From: a bacterium
Lineage (GTDB): Bacteria > Auribacterota > UBA3054
Assembly: GCA_017649705.1 (NCBI GenBank)
Contig: JAGCGH010000089.1
Location: 1 to 56,187, forward strand
DNA length: 56,187 nt
Direction: 5' to 3'
Shown: positions 17,989 through 27,082 of the stretch, one piece after another
Layout: each line of letters starts with the position of its first letter
Position numbering within the stretch: position 1 is the first letter of the stretch
The notes under the pieces: generated by a model
Told to the model about the DNA's origin: nothing
The model's input: the letters and a program-made list of their open reading frames with translations, nothing else
Databases searched by the model: none
Translations under genes and position numbers: made by a program

Positions 17989-18675
17989 ATGTGGCAAGAG
18001 ATCGTTAACGTTTACAGAGATTTCGACACCTTCGGCAAGATCGACATGCTCGTTCTGGCCCTTCTGTCGATCTACTGCTGGTGTTTTTTTGTTTTCAAAT
18101 GCGTCTGCTTCGGAAAGCTCGAGGAAGCCAACGCCGTTTTGGCGAAAAGGCTCAGGGATTTCAGGGCGCAGTTCACCAGGGATTTCGTCCAGATGTACCG
18201 CGACCTTCCCTCCTCCACGGAAACTCCCGTTTACCGCCTGTATCGGGCGGCCATGGAGTTCCTTTTCGCGGAGGGACCCGCCACCAACTCTGACATCGCC
18301 CAGTCCGGCCAGATCATGGACGCGGCCCTCTCCAGGGAAATAAACGAAATGGAGAGCGGTTTGACCTTCTTTTCCGTGACGGCGATGCTGGCTCCCATGA
18401 TGGGCCTTTTCGGCACCGTCTGGGGCCTCACGCTTTCCTTCCGCGGCATGGTGGGCAGCGGCAACACCACCATCAGCACCGTGGCGCCCGGCATCTCGGT
18501 GGCTTTGATAACCACCGTGGCAGGACTTGTGGTGGCCATTCCCTCCGCCGCCATGTTCTATTACCTCCGCGGCCGCGTCAACGCGCAGATAGTACTTCTG
18601 GAGGAGTTCGCCAGGCTTCTTACGGCCAGGCTGAGCCGCACTCTGGAAAGGGAAAAACAAGCTGAAAACAACTGA
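17989..18675 (+). CDS. exbB: MotA/TolQ/ExbB proton-channel protein
   Basis: Conserved segment APMMGLFGTVWGL...ALITTVAGLVVAIP. Confidence 0.85.
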   Translation: MWQEIVNVYRDFDTFGKIDMLVLALLSIYCWCFFVFKCVCFGKLEEANAVLAKRLRDFRAQFTRDFVQMYRDLPSSTETPVYRLYRAAMEFLFAEGPATNSDIAQSGQIMDAALSREINEMESGLTFFSVTAMLAPMMGLFGTVWGLTLSFRGMVGSGNTTISTVAPGISVALITTVAGLVVAIPSAAMFYYLRGRVNAQIVLLEEFARLLTARLSRTLEREKQAENN

Positions 18676-18687
18676 CGGGGAAAGGAA

Positions 18688-19113
18688 GTGAGCCTTTTGG
18701 CGAAAAGACGCGGCAACGAAGAGGCCGACCTGAACGTCACGTCCCTGGTGGACGTGACCATGACGGTTTTGATCATGTTCATCCTCATAGCCCCGGTATT
18801 GGAGCAGGGGCTGAAGATAGAGCATCCTTCTTCCGATGCCGTCAGCTCTTCGGAAGATCCCGAGGAGCCGCTGATCATCTCGCTTACGAAATCCAAGGAG
18901 ACGGGCTACGGCGTCGTCAAATTGGGAAACACCGTGATGGGACCGGAAAAGCCCTTCGACAAACTCTACCAGACGCTTTGCGAGATGAAGGCCAAGAACA
19001 AAGACCTTTCCGTCATCATCAGGGCCGATTCCGATTTCCCTTATGAATACGTCATCCGGCTGATGGACGCCGCCTACAGCGCCGGCGCGGCCGTAGGGTT
19101 GGGGGACAAATGA
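18688..19113 (+). CDS. exbD: ExbD/TolR biopolymer transport protein
   Basis: N-terminus NVTSLVDVTMTVLIMFIL is the ExbD TM signature. Confidence 0.85.
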   Translation: MSLLAKRRGNEEADLNVTSLVDVTMTVLIMFILIAPVLEQGLKIEHPSSDAVSSSEDPEEPLIISLTKSKETGYGVVKLGNTVMGPEKPFDKLYQTLCEMKAKNKDLSVIIRADSDFPYEYVIRLMDAAYSAGAAVGLGDK

Positions 19114-19574
19114 GCATTCTTAGAGACCGCCGAGGAACTGACGACGCCAGGATCACCGTGACCTCCCTTGTGGACGTCACCATGACCGTCCTTATCATGT
19201 TCATACTACTTGTGCCCCTGATGGAGCAGGGCGTGGACGTTTCCCTGCCCCCGGCCTCTCCCATGACTTTCGAGCAGCCCGATTACTCTGCGGTCATAAG
19301 CATGCAGCAGAGCGTTGACGAGGCCAGCGGCATCACCAACGGCGTTCTCTACTGCAACGACAGGGAGATGGACCGCCTCGATCCCTTCGGGGCATTGAAA
19401 AAAGAGATCCGTCTTTTGAAAGAAAGAGAGACTCCCACCAACAAGCTGGAAGTTATTATAAGGGTCGACAGGCGCTTCCGCTACGGAAACGTGCTGGAAC
19501 TTGTGAACCACCTTAAGGAAATAGGCGTGGACACCTCCTATTTCGCGACGGAAACAACGGGCGACAAGAAGTAA
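19110..19574 (+). CDS. exbD: ExbD/TolR biopolymer transport protein (second paralogue)
   Basis: TVTSLVDVTMTVLIMFIL. 4-nt overlap with the first exbD. Confidence 0.85.
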   Translation: MSILRDRRGTDDARITVTSLVDVTMTVLIMFILLVPLMEQGVDVSLPPASPMTFEQPDYSAVISMQQSVDEASGITNGVLYCNDREMDRLDPFGALKKEIRLLKERETPTNKLEVIIRVDRRFRYGNVLELVNHLKEIGVDTSYFATETTGDKK

Positions 19575-19575
19575 G

Positions 19576-20523
19576 ATGCGGAAAATGCCTTTCTCATATT
19601 TCTTCTGCTCCTTCGTAGGGCACCTTCTGGTCTTCCTGGGGCTCATCGTGGCCGCGTCTCTCAGCGAGCCGCAGCCGAAGCTGATGGGCATCCAGGCCAA
19701 GGTCACCCTGACGGAGGTCCCCAGGAGCGCCGTCCCGGCGCCCCCGGCTCCGCCAGCGCCGGAGAAGAAAGTCGAGAAGAAGGTCGAGACGCCTCCGGAA
19801 CCGAAGCCGGAGAAGAAAGTCGAAAAGCCGCCTGAAAAGAAGCCGGAGAAGAAAGTCGAGAAGCCCCCGGAAAAGAAGCCTGAGAAAAAAACGGAAAAGA
19901 AGCCGGAGAAAAAAGACGCCAACGTTTCCGAGATGCCTGATTTCATCAAGAAGAAACAGCAGGAGCGCGCGGAGAAACGCCGCACCCAGGCCAAGACCGC
20001 CAAGAAAGACAACAGCAAAAGCCAGCCCTCCAAGGAGACGCCTTCCAAATCCAAGACCGAGCCGACCGCCAAGCCCATCGACACCGTGGGGCACACCCTG
20101 GAGAGCGTGACCACCGTCACCCAATCCGACAATCTGGAGAAGATCTCGAGAGAATTGGACCAGACCGCCCGCAACCTTACGGCCAGGGTGGAGTCCCAGT
20201 CCTTTTATTCCGGCGGCGAGACCGGAGCGCAGGCCACGGCCATCAACAATTACTACCAGGGCGAGATCCTGTCGGCCATTCAGTCAGCCTGGCAGATCCC
20301 GCCAGCCTCCCAGGTCCCGCGCAAGTCCGTCTGCGTGGTGCGCTTCACCCTGACGAGGGCCGGGAGAGTGACCGCCGCCAGGGTCGTGCAGTCCAGCGGC
20401 AGCAAGGCCCTTGACGATTCTGCCATATCCGCAGTGCGCTCCGCCCGCTTTAATCCCTTCCCGCCGGACATAACGAAACCGACGCTGGAAGTCGAAGTGC
20501 CCTTCGAGTGCGACGTAATGTAA
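19576..20523 (+). CDS. tonB: TonB-family energy transducer
   Basis: N-terminal TM, Pro/Glu/Lys repeat linker, and a C-terminal TonB domain (VRFTLTRAGRV...ALDDSAISAVRSARFNPFP). Confidence 0.8.
   Translation: MRKMPFSYFFCSFVGHLLVFLGLIVAASLSEPQPKLMGIQAKVTLTEVPRSAVPAPPAPPAPEKKVEKKVETPPEPKPEKKVEKPPEKKPEKKVEKPPEKKPEKKTEKKPEKKDANVSEMPDFIKKKQQERAEKRRTQAKTAKKDNSKSQPSKETPSKSKTEPTAKPIDTVGHTLESVTTVTQSDNLEKISRELDQTARNLTARVESQSFYSGGETGAQATAINNYYQGEILSAIQSAWQIPPASQVPRKSVCVVRFTLTRAGRVTAARVVQSSGSKALDDSAISAVRSARFNPFPPDITKPTLEVEVPFECDVM
19807..19915 (+). repeat. in-frame 36-nt tandem repeat (PEKKVEKPPEKK units) in the tonB linker
   Basis: CCGGAGAAGAAAGTCGA(A/G)AAGCC(G/C)CC(T/G)GAAAAGAAG occurs twice, followed by degenerate partial units. 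Confidence 0.9.
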
Positions 20524-20534
20524 GGAGAGATAAG

Positions 20535-21257
20535 ATGCCAGAGAACAAATTATCCATGAAGGAACTGCCGGAGGTCAAGGATTACGGATCCGATTCCAAC
20601 GAGAGGCTGGAGGATTGGTCCCAAATATTCCTGTGGCGCCAGAAATTCCGCGCCTCCATGGGACGCATCGACAAGCTGCCCATCACCGTCTCCGCCGCGA
20701 AGTGGATAGTGGACGAAGTGGAGAAAAGCGGATCGGAGAAACTTTCCATTCTGGATTTCGGCGCGGGCCCCAGGCTCCTTTTGGAAAAGCTGAAATCCGT
20801 GAAGGACAAGATCCATTACGAAAGCTACGACATCGACCGCCGCACCCAGCAGGATTACTACGACATAAAGGACATCAAGAAAACCTTCGACATCGTGGTC
20901 TGCCTGGAAGTCATAGAGCACCTGGACACCAGGGGAAAGATAGATTTGGTGAGGGAAATGACGAGCCTTACGAAGCCCGGTGGCAAAGTCATGCTGACGA
21001 CTCCCAACGCGGAGCACCCCACGGTCTTCTGGCGGGACTTCTCACATGTGGCGCCGATCCACCACCTCGACCTGGCGGGCCTGATGGCGCGCTTCGGGCT
21101 CCAGGACATCGAGATCCACCGCCTGGCCAAACTGACTTTGAAGAAACGCATTCAGCTTTTATTTTACGCGCCGCTTTTGAAATTCCTGCACTGCGATTTT
21201 GCCCAGAGCATCATGGCGGTGGGGACGCGGCCAAAAAAGGAGGAAAACAATGCTTAA
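20535..21257 (+). CDS. class I SAM-dependent methyltransferase
   Basis: Motif I ILDFGAGPR and post-I/II motifs (VVCLEVIEHL, PGGKVMLTTP). AAGGAG Shine-Dalgarno 7 nt before ATG 20535. Confidence 0.75.
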   Translation: MPENKLSMKELPEVKDYGSDSNERLEDWSQIFLWRQKFRASMGRIDKLPITVSAAKWIVDEVEKSGSEKLSILDFGAGPRLLLEKLKSVKDKIHYESYDIDRRTQQDYYDIKDIKKTFDIVVCLEVIEHLDTRGKIDLVREMTSLTKPGGKVMLTTPNAEHPTVFWRDFSHVAPIHHLDLAGLMARFGLQDIEIHRLAKLTLKKRIQLLFYAPLLKFLHCDFAQSIMAVGTRPKKEENNA

Positions 21258-22554
21258 GCTAAAAACTACTTTGCTCTTCGCCTTCGCGTGTTCCCTTGCG
21301 CTCTGCGGCTGCGAGGAGGAGAATTCCCCGACGCCTATTCCCGGAAACGACGCCAAGGAGCCGGAAACGGTAAGGGAAGCCGTGAAAGAGATCAAGACCC
21401 TGGAGGCGATCCCCGCCGAGGCCAAGGAGGAGCAGGTCTTGGCTCTCGCCAATGGCAACAACGCCTTCGCCTGGGAAATGTTCGCGCAGATCTGCAATCC
21501 TGAAATACCGGTCTTCTTTTCTCCCTACAGCATTTCCACCGCCATGGCCATGCTGACGCTGGGAGCCAAAGGCGACACCCTGGGCGAACTGAAAGAGACC
21601 ATGTGCTATCCCGACAAGGGCGATCTCCTGGCGCTGGAGTTCCAGGGCCTCTCCCAAAAGATAGCCTCCCAAAACGAGTTTTTCAAAATGACTTCCGCCA
21701 ATTCCGTTTGGCTGAACAAAAACTTCGAGCTGCTGGAAAATTACCGGAACACCCTCAAACGCTGCTTTTCCGGCGAAGCCGCCGTCCTCGATTTCTCCAA
21801 GAGCAAAGAGGCGGCCTCAAAAATCAACAAATGGGTGTCGGACAACACCAGGGGAATGATATCCGATCTGGTGAGCCCCGACGCCCTGAACGCCATGACT
21901 AGGCTCGTTTTGGTCAACGCCGTGAGCTTTTTGGGAAAATGGGAGACGGAATTCGACAGCGACGGCACCAGGCAGCAGAGCTGCCAGGACTACAAGGGCC
22001 GGGGCGCCAAGCAGGAAATGATGAAGCTTGAGGCCAACGTCATCACGGCGGAGAAAGACGGCGTGGTGGCCGTGGAGCTTCCTTATCTGGGCGGCAAGTT
22101 TTCCCTTGTGGCCCTGATGCCCGAAGACGGCTCCAAATTCGCCGCCTGGGAGAAGACCTTGAACCAGGACGCCGTCAAAAGCATTTGCTCCGAGTTGAAA
22201 AGGGAGAAAATCGTTCTTTATTTCCCGAAATTTGAAACGGAGACCTCCCTCGGACTGGTCCCGGAATTCAAGAAGCTCGGGCTCGAACTTCCTTTCACCG
22301 GCAGCGCTGATTTCAGCGGAATGTCTGAAAAAGAAGGCCTTTGCGTCAGCGACATCATCCACAAGGCCAAAATAAAAGTTTACGAGACGGGCACGGAAGC
22401 CGCCGCGGCCACCGCGATCATGGTGAAGTGCACCGGCATCAACATGAACCGTCCCAGGGAAGTGCGCTTCAACAAGCCCTTCGTTTATCTGATCAAGGAG
22501 AAGACCACGGGAAACATTCTTTTCCTCGGCCATTTCACAGTCATAGGCAAATAA
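21250..22554 (+). CDS. serpin-family protease inhibitor, lipoprotein
   Basis: Lipobox LALCGC. Serpin hinge ETGTEAAAATA followed by NKPFVYLI. AAGGAGG Shine-Dalgarno before ATG 21250. 8-nt overlap with the methyltransferase gene. Confidence 0.85.
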   Translation: MLKLKTTLLFAFACSLALCGCEEENSPTPIPGNDAKEPETVREAVKEIKTLEAIPAEAKEEQVLALANGNNAFAWEMFAQICNPEIPVFFSPYSISTAMAMLTLGAKGDTLGELKETMCYPDKGDLLALEFQGLSQKIASQNEFFKMTSANSVWLNKNFELLENYRNTLKRCFSGEAAVLDFSKSKEAASKINKWVSDNTRGMISDLVSPDALNAMTRLVLVNAVSFLGKWETEFDSDGTRQQSCQDYKGRGAKQEMMKLEANVITAEKDGVVAVELPYLGGKFSLVALMPEDGSKFAAWEKTLNQDAVKSICSELKREKIVLYFPKFETETSLGLVPEFKKLGLELPFTGSADFSGMSEKEGLCVSDIIHKAKIKVYETGTEAAAATAIMVKCTGINMNRPREVRFNKPFVYLIKEKTTGNILFLGHFTVIGK

Positions 22555-22572
22555 TCAACACAAAATAAAAAC

Positions 22573-23178
22573 ATGAAGATCATCACTAAAAACTACGCTA
22601 ACATCACGCTTTTGAAAGTCGAGCAGAAACAGGTCCTGAAATTATTGGCGGACCTCGGACGCCACGCCTACGTGGTCTCCGACGGAACTTCCGAAGTAAT
22701 GGAGAGGGACGCTGTCATCTACGACGAGGAACTCGACCAGCTGGACGCCAAAGTCGTTTCCTCCCTGGCCCAGCGCCTTTCGAAATCCCTGCACTGCGTG
22801 GCCTTCGCCGTTATCAACTACAACGACGAAACGCTTCTGTTCTGGCTTTACAGAGCCGGCGAACTGATCGACAGCTACAACTCCCAGCCCGGTTACCTTG
22901 ATCCCAAGCTGGAGGAGAACACGCCTCCCATGGGCGCCAACCCCGAGAAGATGGCCAAGGTCTTCAAGGACGCTTCGCTGCAGGAAATAGGCCCCATAAC
23001 CCGCCGCCCCTCTTATCCCGACGAGAACTACTGCACCGCCACGGACCGCCACGCCGACATCGTCTCCGTTCTGAGGCTTCCGCGCTTCGCGGTTGGCACG
23101 GGCTTCTACACCGTCAAGATCGGCGACATTCCCGCCGACCTGGTGGCCGGCGACTTCGTTCCCGTGAACATCAAGTAA
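22573..23178 (+). CDS. hypothetical cytoplasmic protein (201 aa)
   Basis: Long ORF with host-like composition. No motif recognised. Confidence 0.55.
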   Translation: MKIITKNYANITLLKVEQKQVLKLLADLGRHAYVVSDGTSEVMERDAVIYDEELDQLDAKVVSSLAQRLSKSLHCVAFAVINYNDETLLFWLYRAGELIDSYNSQPGYLDPKLEENTPPMGANPEKMAKVFKDASLQEIGPITRRPSYPDENYCTATDRHADIVSVLRLPRFAVGTGFYTVKIGDIPADLVAGDFVPVNIK

Positions 23179-23718
23179 ATGTCTGAAGGCAAAGGGACAA
23201 AATCTGTGATCTCCTGGGAAGAGCCCGCGGAGTTTCAGGAGCTTTTAAGGCTGCGCCGTTTGAAAAGGCGCAGCCTTTGGCGCAACGCCGCTCCTTTGGT
23301 CGTGAACACGGCCCTCATTTTCGCGCTGATCTTCCTTTTCTGGGGGCTTTACTACCGCAGCGACTTGCAGAAGCTTCTGCAGTGGCAGAGGATCCTCACG
23401 GCTTTGCTCCTATCCTTCGGCATATCTTTCCTCTGGCGCTCCTTTGAGAGGAAGCGCAAGATCGAGGTCACGCTTGAGACCAGGGACGGGCAGGATTTCC
23501 TTTCCCGCCGGGGCGACTTCTACGACCAGCCCCTGGACGCGGTCCAGGCCTACGTCGTGGACACCCTGACCGAGGGTCCCTATTCCTGCAAGGTGCTCAT
23601 CATGAAGACGCCCTCCGGGCAGCGTCTGGTGTGCCTTCCCAACGACAAGATCTCCAGGACCCTGGAGCATAAGTTGAAAAATCTCTCCGTTCCGGAGGGG
23701 CAGCTCAGGAAGATCTAG
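23179..23718 (+). CDS. hypothetical membrane protein (2 TM helices plus C-terminal soluble domain)
   Basis: Start abuts the upstream stop (TAAATG). Two hydrophobic helices at about residues 38-90. Confidence 0.55.
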   Translation: MSEGKGTKSVISWEEPAEFQELLRLRRLKRRSLWRNAAPLVVNTALIFALIFLFWGLYYRSDLQKLLQWQRILTALLLSFGISFLWRSFERKRKIEVTLETRDGQDFLSRRGDFYDQPLDAVQAYVVDTLTEGPYSCKVLIMKTPSGQRLVCLPNDKISRTLEHKLKNLSVPEGQLRKI

Positions 23719-23720
23719 CC

Positions 23721-25160
23721 ATGTCGCTGTTCTCGCCCGGTTTCATATTATTCTTCGCGGTGTGCGTGCTTCTCTGCGATCTTCCGAGGCTCGCGGCGCT
23801 CCGCAAGTGGATCCTGCTGGCGGCCAGCCTGGGCTTCTACGCCACCTTCGGCCTCGCGTATCTGCCCTGGCTTGTTTTGTCCTCCGTTTTCGTCTGGTTC
23901 TGCGCCCTGAAACTGGAAAGGACCAGGGCCAAGCTTTGGTTTGTCCTCGGCGTGCTTTTCCCGCTCATACTTCTCATTGCCTTCAAGTACACGCCTTTCC
24001 TTTACGGCATCTTATCGGACCTGGCGGAACGCTTGGGCGCCGACACGCCGAAGTGGACCATTGAGTGGCTCAGGCCCCTGGGCATTTCCTTCTACACCTT
24101 CCGTCTGATCTCCTATATCGCCGACGTGAACAAGGGGACGGAAGCGGCGGAAAAAGACTTTGCTTCCTTTTTGATCTACGTTTCCTTCTTCCCCTCGGTG
24201 ATCTCAGGCCCCATCGAGCGCGCCTCCAACTTCCTGCCCCAGATGAGGGAGCCCAAGGCCATAAACGTTCCGAGATTCAACAAGGGGCTTCAGCAGATCC
24301 TTTGGGGCGTTTTCAAGAAGCTTGTCATCGCGGACAATCTTGCCGCGCTTGTCAACGAGACCTTCGCCGGAAGTTCCGAAAAGAGCGGCTTCGTTTTCGT
24401 TTTGGCCGTGCTTTGCTACACCGTCCAGATCTACTGCGACTTCTCAGGTTATTCCGATATGGCCATAGGCATGGCCAGGATTTTGGGCTTCGACCTTAAG
24501 GAAAACTTCCGCGTGCCTTACTGCTCGACGACCATAAAGGAATTCTGGGGCCGCTGGCACATATCCCTTTCCACCTGGTTCAGGGATTACGTCTATTTCC
24601 CCCTGGGCGGGGGACGCTGCGGCAAATTCAGGCGCGCCGTGAACATTCTGATCACTTTTCTCCTGAGCGGCCTCTGGCACGGCGCCAACTGGACCTTCGT
24701 TTTCTGGGGCGGCCTGCACGGAGCCGGCTTGGTCCTTGAAAAGGCGCTTTTCGGCAAGGACGGCCCCAGGACAGCCGTGACAAAAGTCCTCTGGACGCTC
24801 TTCACGGCGCTTCTCGTTATTTTCGGGTGGCTCTTCTTCAGGGCCGAGTCTTTTTCCCAGGCATACTTTATGCTGACCGGCGCTTTCAGGGGAATAAGCC
24901 AGGGATCTTACATCGTTCAGGGCTTCCGTGATCTTATTGGCGAGGAACGCGGGCTTTTTTTCATGACCAAATTGATTTTGACCTTTGCTGTCCTTTTCGG
25001 TTTCGAGCATGTTTTCAGAAACGGTGATCCCTGGAGCGGTCCCGGTCTGAACAAAAGATACGCGATGGTCTTCAATGTTTTCTTTTATACCCTGACGATC
25101 GTTATGATCGCGGTTTTCCATGCAATCGAACAGCAAGAGCTTATATACGGAGCGTTTTAA
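23721..25160 (+). CDS. MBOAT family O-acyltransferase (AlgI/DltB-like)
   Basis: Multi-TM protein. Conserved FWGRWHISLSTWFRDYVYFPLGG...SGLWHGANW with the catalytic His. Confidence 0.9.
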   Translation: MSLFSPGFILFFAVCVLLCDLPRLAALRKWILLAASLGFYATFGLAYLPWLVLSSVFVWFCALKLERTRAKLWFVLGVLFPLILLIAFKYTPFLYGILSDLAERLGADTPKWTIEWLRPLGISFYTFRLISYIADVNKGTEAAEKDFASFLIYVSFFPSVISGPIERASNFLPQMREPKAINVPRFNKGLQQILWGVFKKLVIADNLAALVNETFAGSSEKSGFVFVLAVLCYTVQIYCDFSGYSDMAIGMARILGFDLKENFRVPYCSTTIKEFWGRWHISLSTWFRDYVYFPLGGGRCGKFRRAVNILITFLLSGLWHGANWTFVFWGGLHGAGLVLEKALFGKDGPRTAVTKVLWTLFTALLVIFGWLFFRAESFSQAYFMLTGAFRGISQGSYIVQGFRDLIGEERGLFFMTKLILTFAVLFGFEHVFRNGDPWSGPGLNKRYAMVFNVFFYTLTIVMIAVFHAIEQQELIYGAF

Positions 25161-26096
25161 ATGAAATTCAGTTTCCATATTGTTTGGCAGATACTTTTGG
25201 TCCTTGCGGCGGCATTCCTCATCCTGGTGGTTTTCCCGATCTGGCTCGATCCCTACAACGTTTTCCATTACGACCATATCCGCTTCAACGGCGTGGAGCC
25301 CAACCAGAATTTCATCAAGACCCGCTACATCTTAGACAATCCCGACCGCTTTGACTCCTTCCTCTTCGGGTCGTCCCGGGTGGGCATGCTGGACGTCTCC
25401 AAGATAAAGAGCGGGCACTTCTACAACATGGCTTATTCCGAGGGGCTGCCCAAGGAGCATCTCCAGAACCTCAGGATCTTCCTGGATCACGGACTAAAGA
25501 TCAGCAACGTCTGGCTGGGCGTCGACAACATAAGCTGCTTCGCCGACCCGGAGCGCCACAATAAGTCCCTCATGCGCAAAGCCTATCCCGCGGACGGCAA
25601 GCTCTGGAAGTTCTACCTGCCCTACATCAACTGTTCCATGGCCTTCAATTCCCTGGACACCATATTGGCAGCGAAAAAGAGCGACGGGGAAAAGGAAAAA
25701 GATTTCTATGCCACCGGCAATTCCTGGCTCAGCCAAGAGACGAACCTTGACGAAAAAGCCAACCGTCCGGCCTGGGACAAGCGCTTCGTTCCGCGTTTTG
25801 AGAAATCCATAGAAGAAATAAAAGAGATAGTCGACCTCTGCAAGGAGAACGGCATAAAGCTGAAAGTCTTCGTCAATCCTCTCTACGTTGACACTTACAA
25901 GAAGTGCCTTGAGGAAGGCTACGGCGATTTTTTAACTGAGCTTGGAAAAGTCACGCCTTACTACGATTTCAGCACGATCCCCCAGACCACCAACCGCAAC
26001 GACTACATTGAGACCTCGCATTTCCGCTTCGAGGTGGGGGATTACCTTATCAAGTGCCTGGAAGATCCCGAGGAGCCTTTCCTGAAGAAGCAATGA
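25161..26096 (+). CDS. membrane-anchored DltD/AlgJ-like (SGNH-like) partner of the MBOAT
   Basis: N-terminal TM. FGSSRVG (Ser motif) and a C-terminal ETSHF (D/E-x-x-H-like). Start immediately follows the MBOAT stop. Confidence 0.5.
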   Translation: MKFSFHIVWQILLVLAAAFLILVVFPIWLDPYNVFHYDHIRFNGVEPNQNFIKTRYILDNPDRFDSFLFGSSRVGMLDVSKIKSGHFYNMAYSEGLPKEHLQNLRIFLDHGLKISNVWLGVDNISCFADPERHNKSLMRKAYPADGKLWKFYLPYINCSMAFNSLDTILAAKKSDGEKEKDFYATGNSWLSQETNLDEKANRPAWDKRFVPRFEKSIEEIKEIVDLCKENGIKLKVFVNPLYVDTYKKCLEEGYGDFLTELGKVTPYYDFSTIPQTTNRNDYIETSHFRFEVGDYLIKCLEDPEEPFLKKQ

Positions 26097-27082
26097 AAAA
26101 AGTCTTTTTCATCATACGCCTCCTTGTTGCCGCCGCTCTCGTCATCGCGCTGTATTTCATGTGCGATCCTGAGGCGGTGCTGGCTAATTTGAAAAACACC
26201 GATCTCAGGCTTATCGCCGCGGCGCTCTTCGTTTTTCTTCTTTCCTACGTCATCACGGCCTGGCGCTGGCAGGTCGTCCTCGAAGGCGCCGGGAAACACA
26301 TTCCTTTCGCGAAGCTCGTTAGGTACAGCTTCACCGCCAGCTTCTGCAACAATTTTCTGCCCACAGGCTTCGGCGGCGACATAACCAGGGTGATCAACAT
26401 GCTCCCTCACGGCGTCTCGGCCGCGGAGGGAACAGGGCTGCTTTTCCTTGAAAGACTCATAGGCTTCCTTGTCATCGGACTTCTGATCGTCATAACCCTT
26501 CCTTTCGTTTCAAAGGATGTTTTGCAGGCCTGGTCGGAAGGGGACAAGACGGCAAGGACAGCGCTTGTTTTCATCGCCGCGGTTCTCTTCGTTCTTCTGA
26601 TGGCGATGATCTTCCTGATCGTCGTTGCCGCGAGCAAAAAAGTCGTTCTCAAATTCAGCGGATGGTTTTCCAAGATCCCTTACAAGACCGTTTCCACGTT
26701 CTTAGTCGAATTCTTGGAAAAGCTGAACCTGAATGTTCGCGGAGCCAAGACTATCGTAAAGCTGATCCTTGTCTCGACGCTCCTGCAGTTTTCTTTCGCC
26801 ATCGCGTTCTACCTCTGTTTCCGGGCCGTGCTTGATCAGAAGTTCTCTTTCACGCTGATCTTCGCCCTGGTCCAGACCACCTCTCTTCTGGGCGTCATTC
26901 CCATTAGCATCGAGACCATAGGCACGAGAGAATTTGTCTTCTGCCTTTTCCTGCCGATCGAGGTTTCCACGCTTTTGGCCTGCCTTATCATCGCCAGGGC
27001 CGCCTCCGTCGTGATGACGCTTCCCGGCGCGTTGTTTTTCATCACCGACGGCCTTTTCAGGAAGTGTACCCGCAGCGACTGA
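26093..27082 (+). CDS. lysylphosphatidylglycerol-synthase-TM-region / flippase-like (UPF0104) membrane protein
   Basis: Polytopic. WRWQVVL...FCNNFLPTGFGGDITR motif. ATGA overlap at 26093 is preferred to the track start at 26054. Confidence 0.65.
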   Translation: MKKVFFIIRLLVAAALVIALYFMCDPEAVLANLKNTDLRLIAAALFVFLLSYVITAWRWQVVLEGAGKHIPFAKLVRYSFTASFCNNFLPTGFGGDITRVINMLPHGVSAAEGTGLLFLERLIGFLVIGLLIVITLPFVSKDVLQAWSEGDKTARTALVFIAAVLFVLLMAMIFLIVVAASKKVVLKFSGWFSKIPYKTVSTFLVEFLEKLNLNVRGAKTIVKLILVSTLLQFSFAIAFYLCFRAVLDQKFSFTLIFALVQTTSLLGVIPISIETIGTREFVFCLFLPIEVSTLLACLIIARAASVVMTLPGALFFITDGLFRKCTRSD

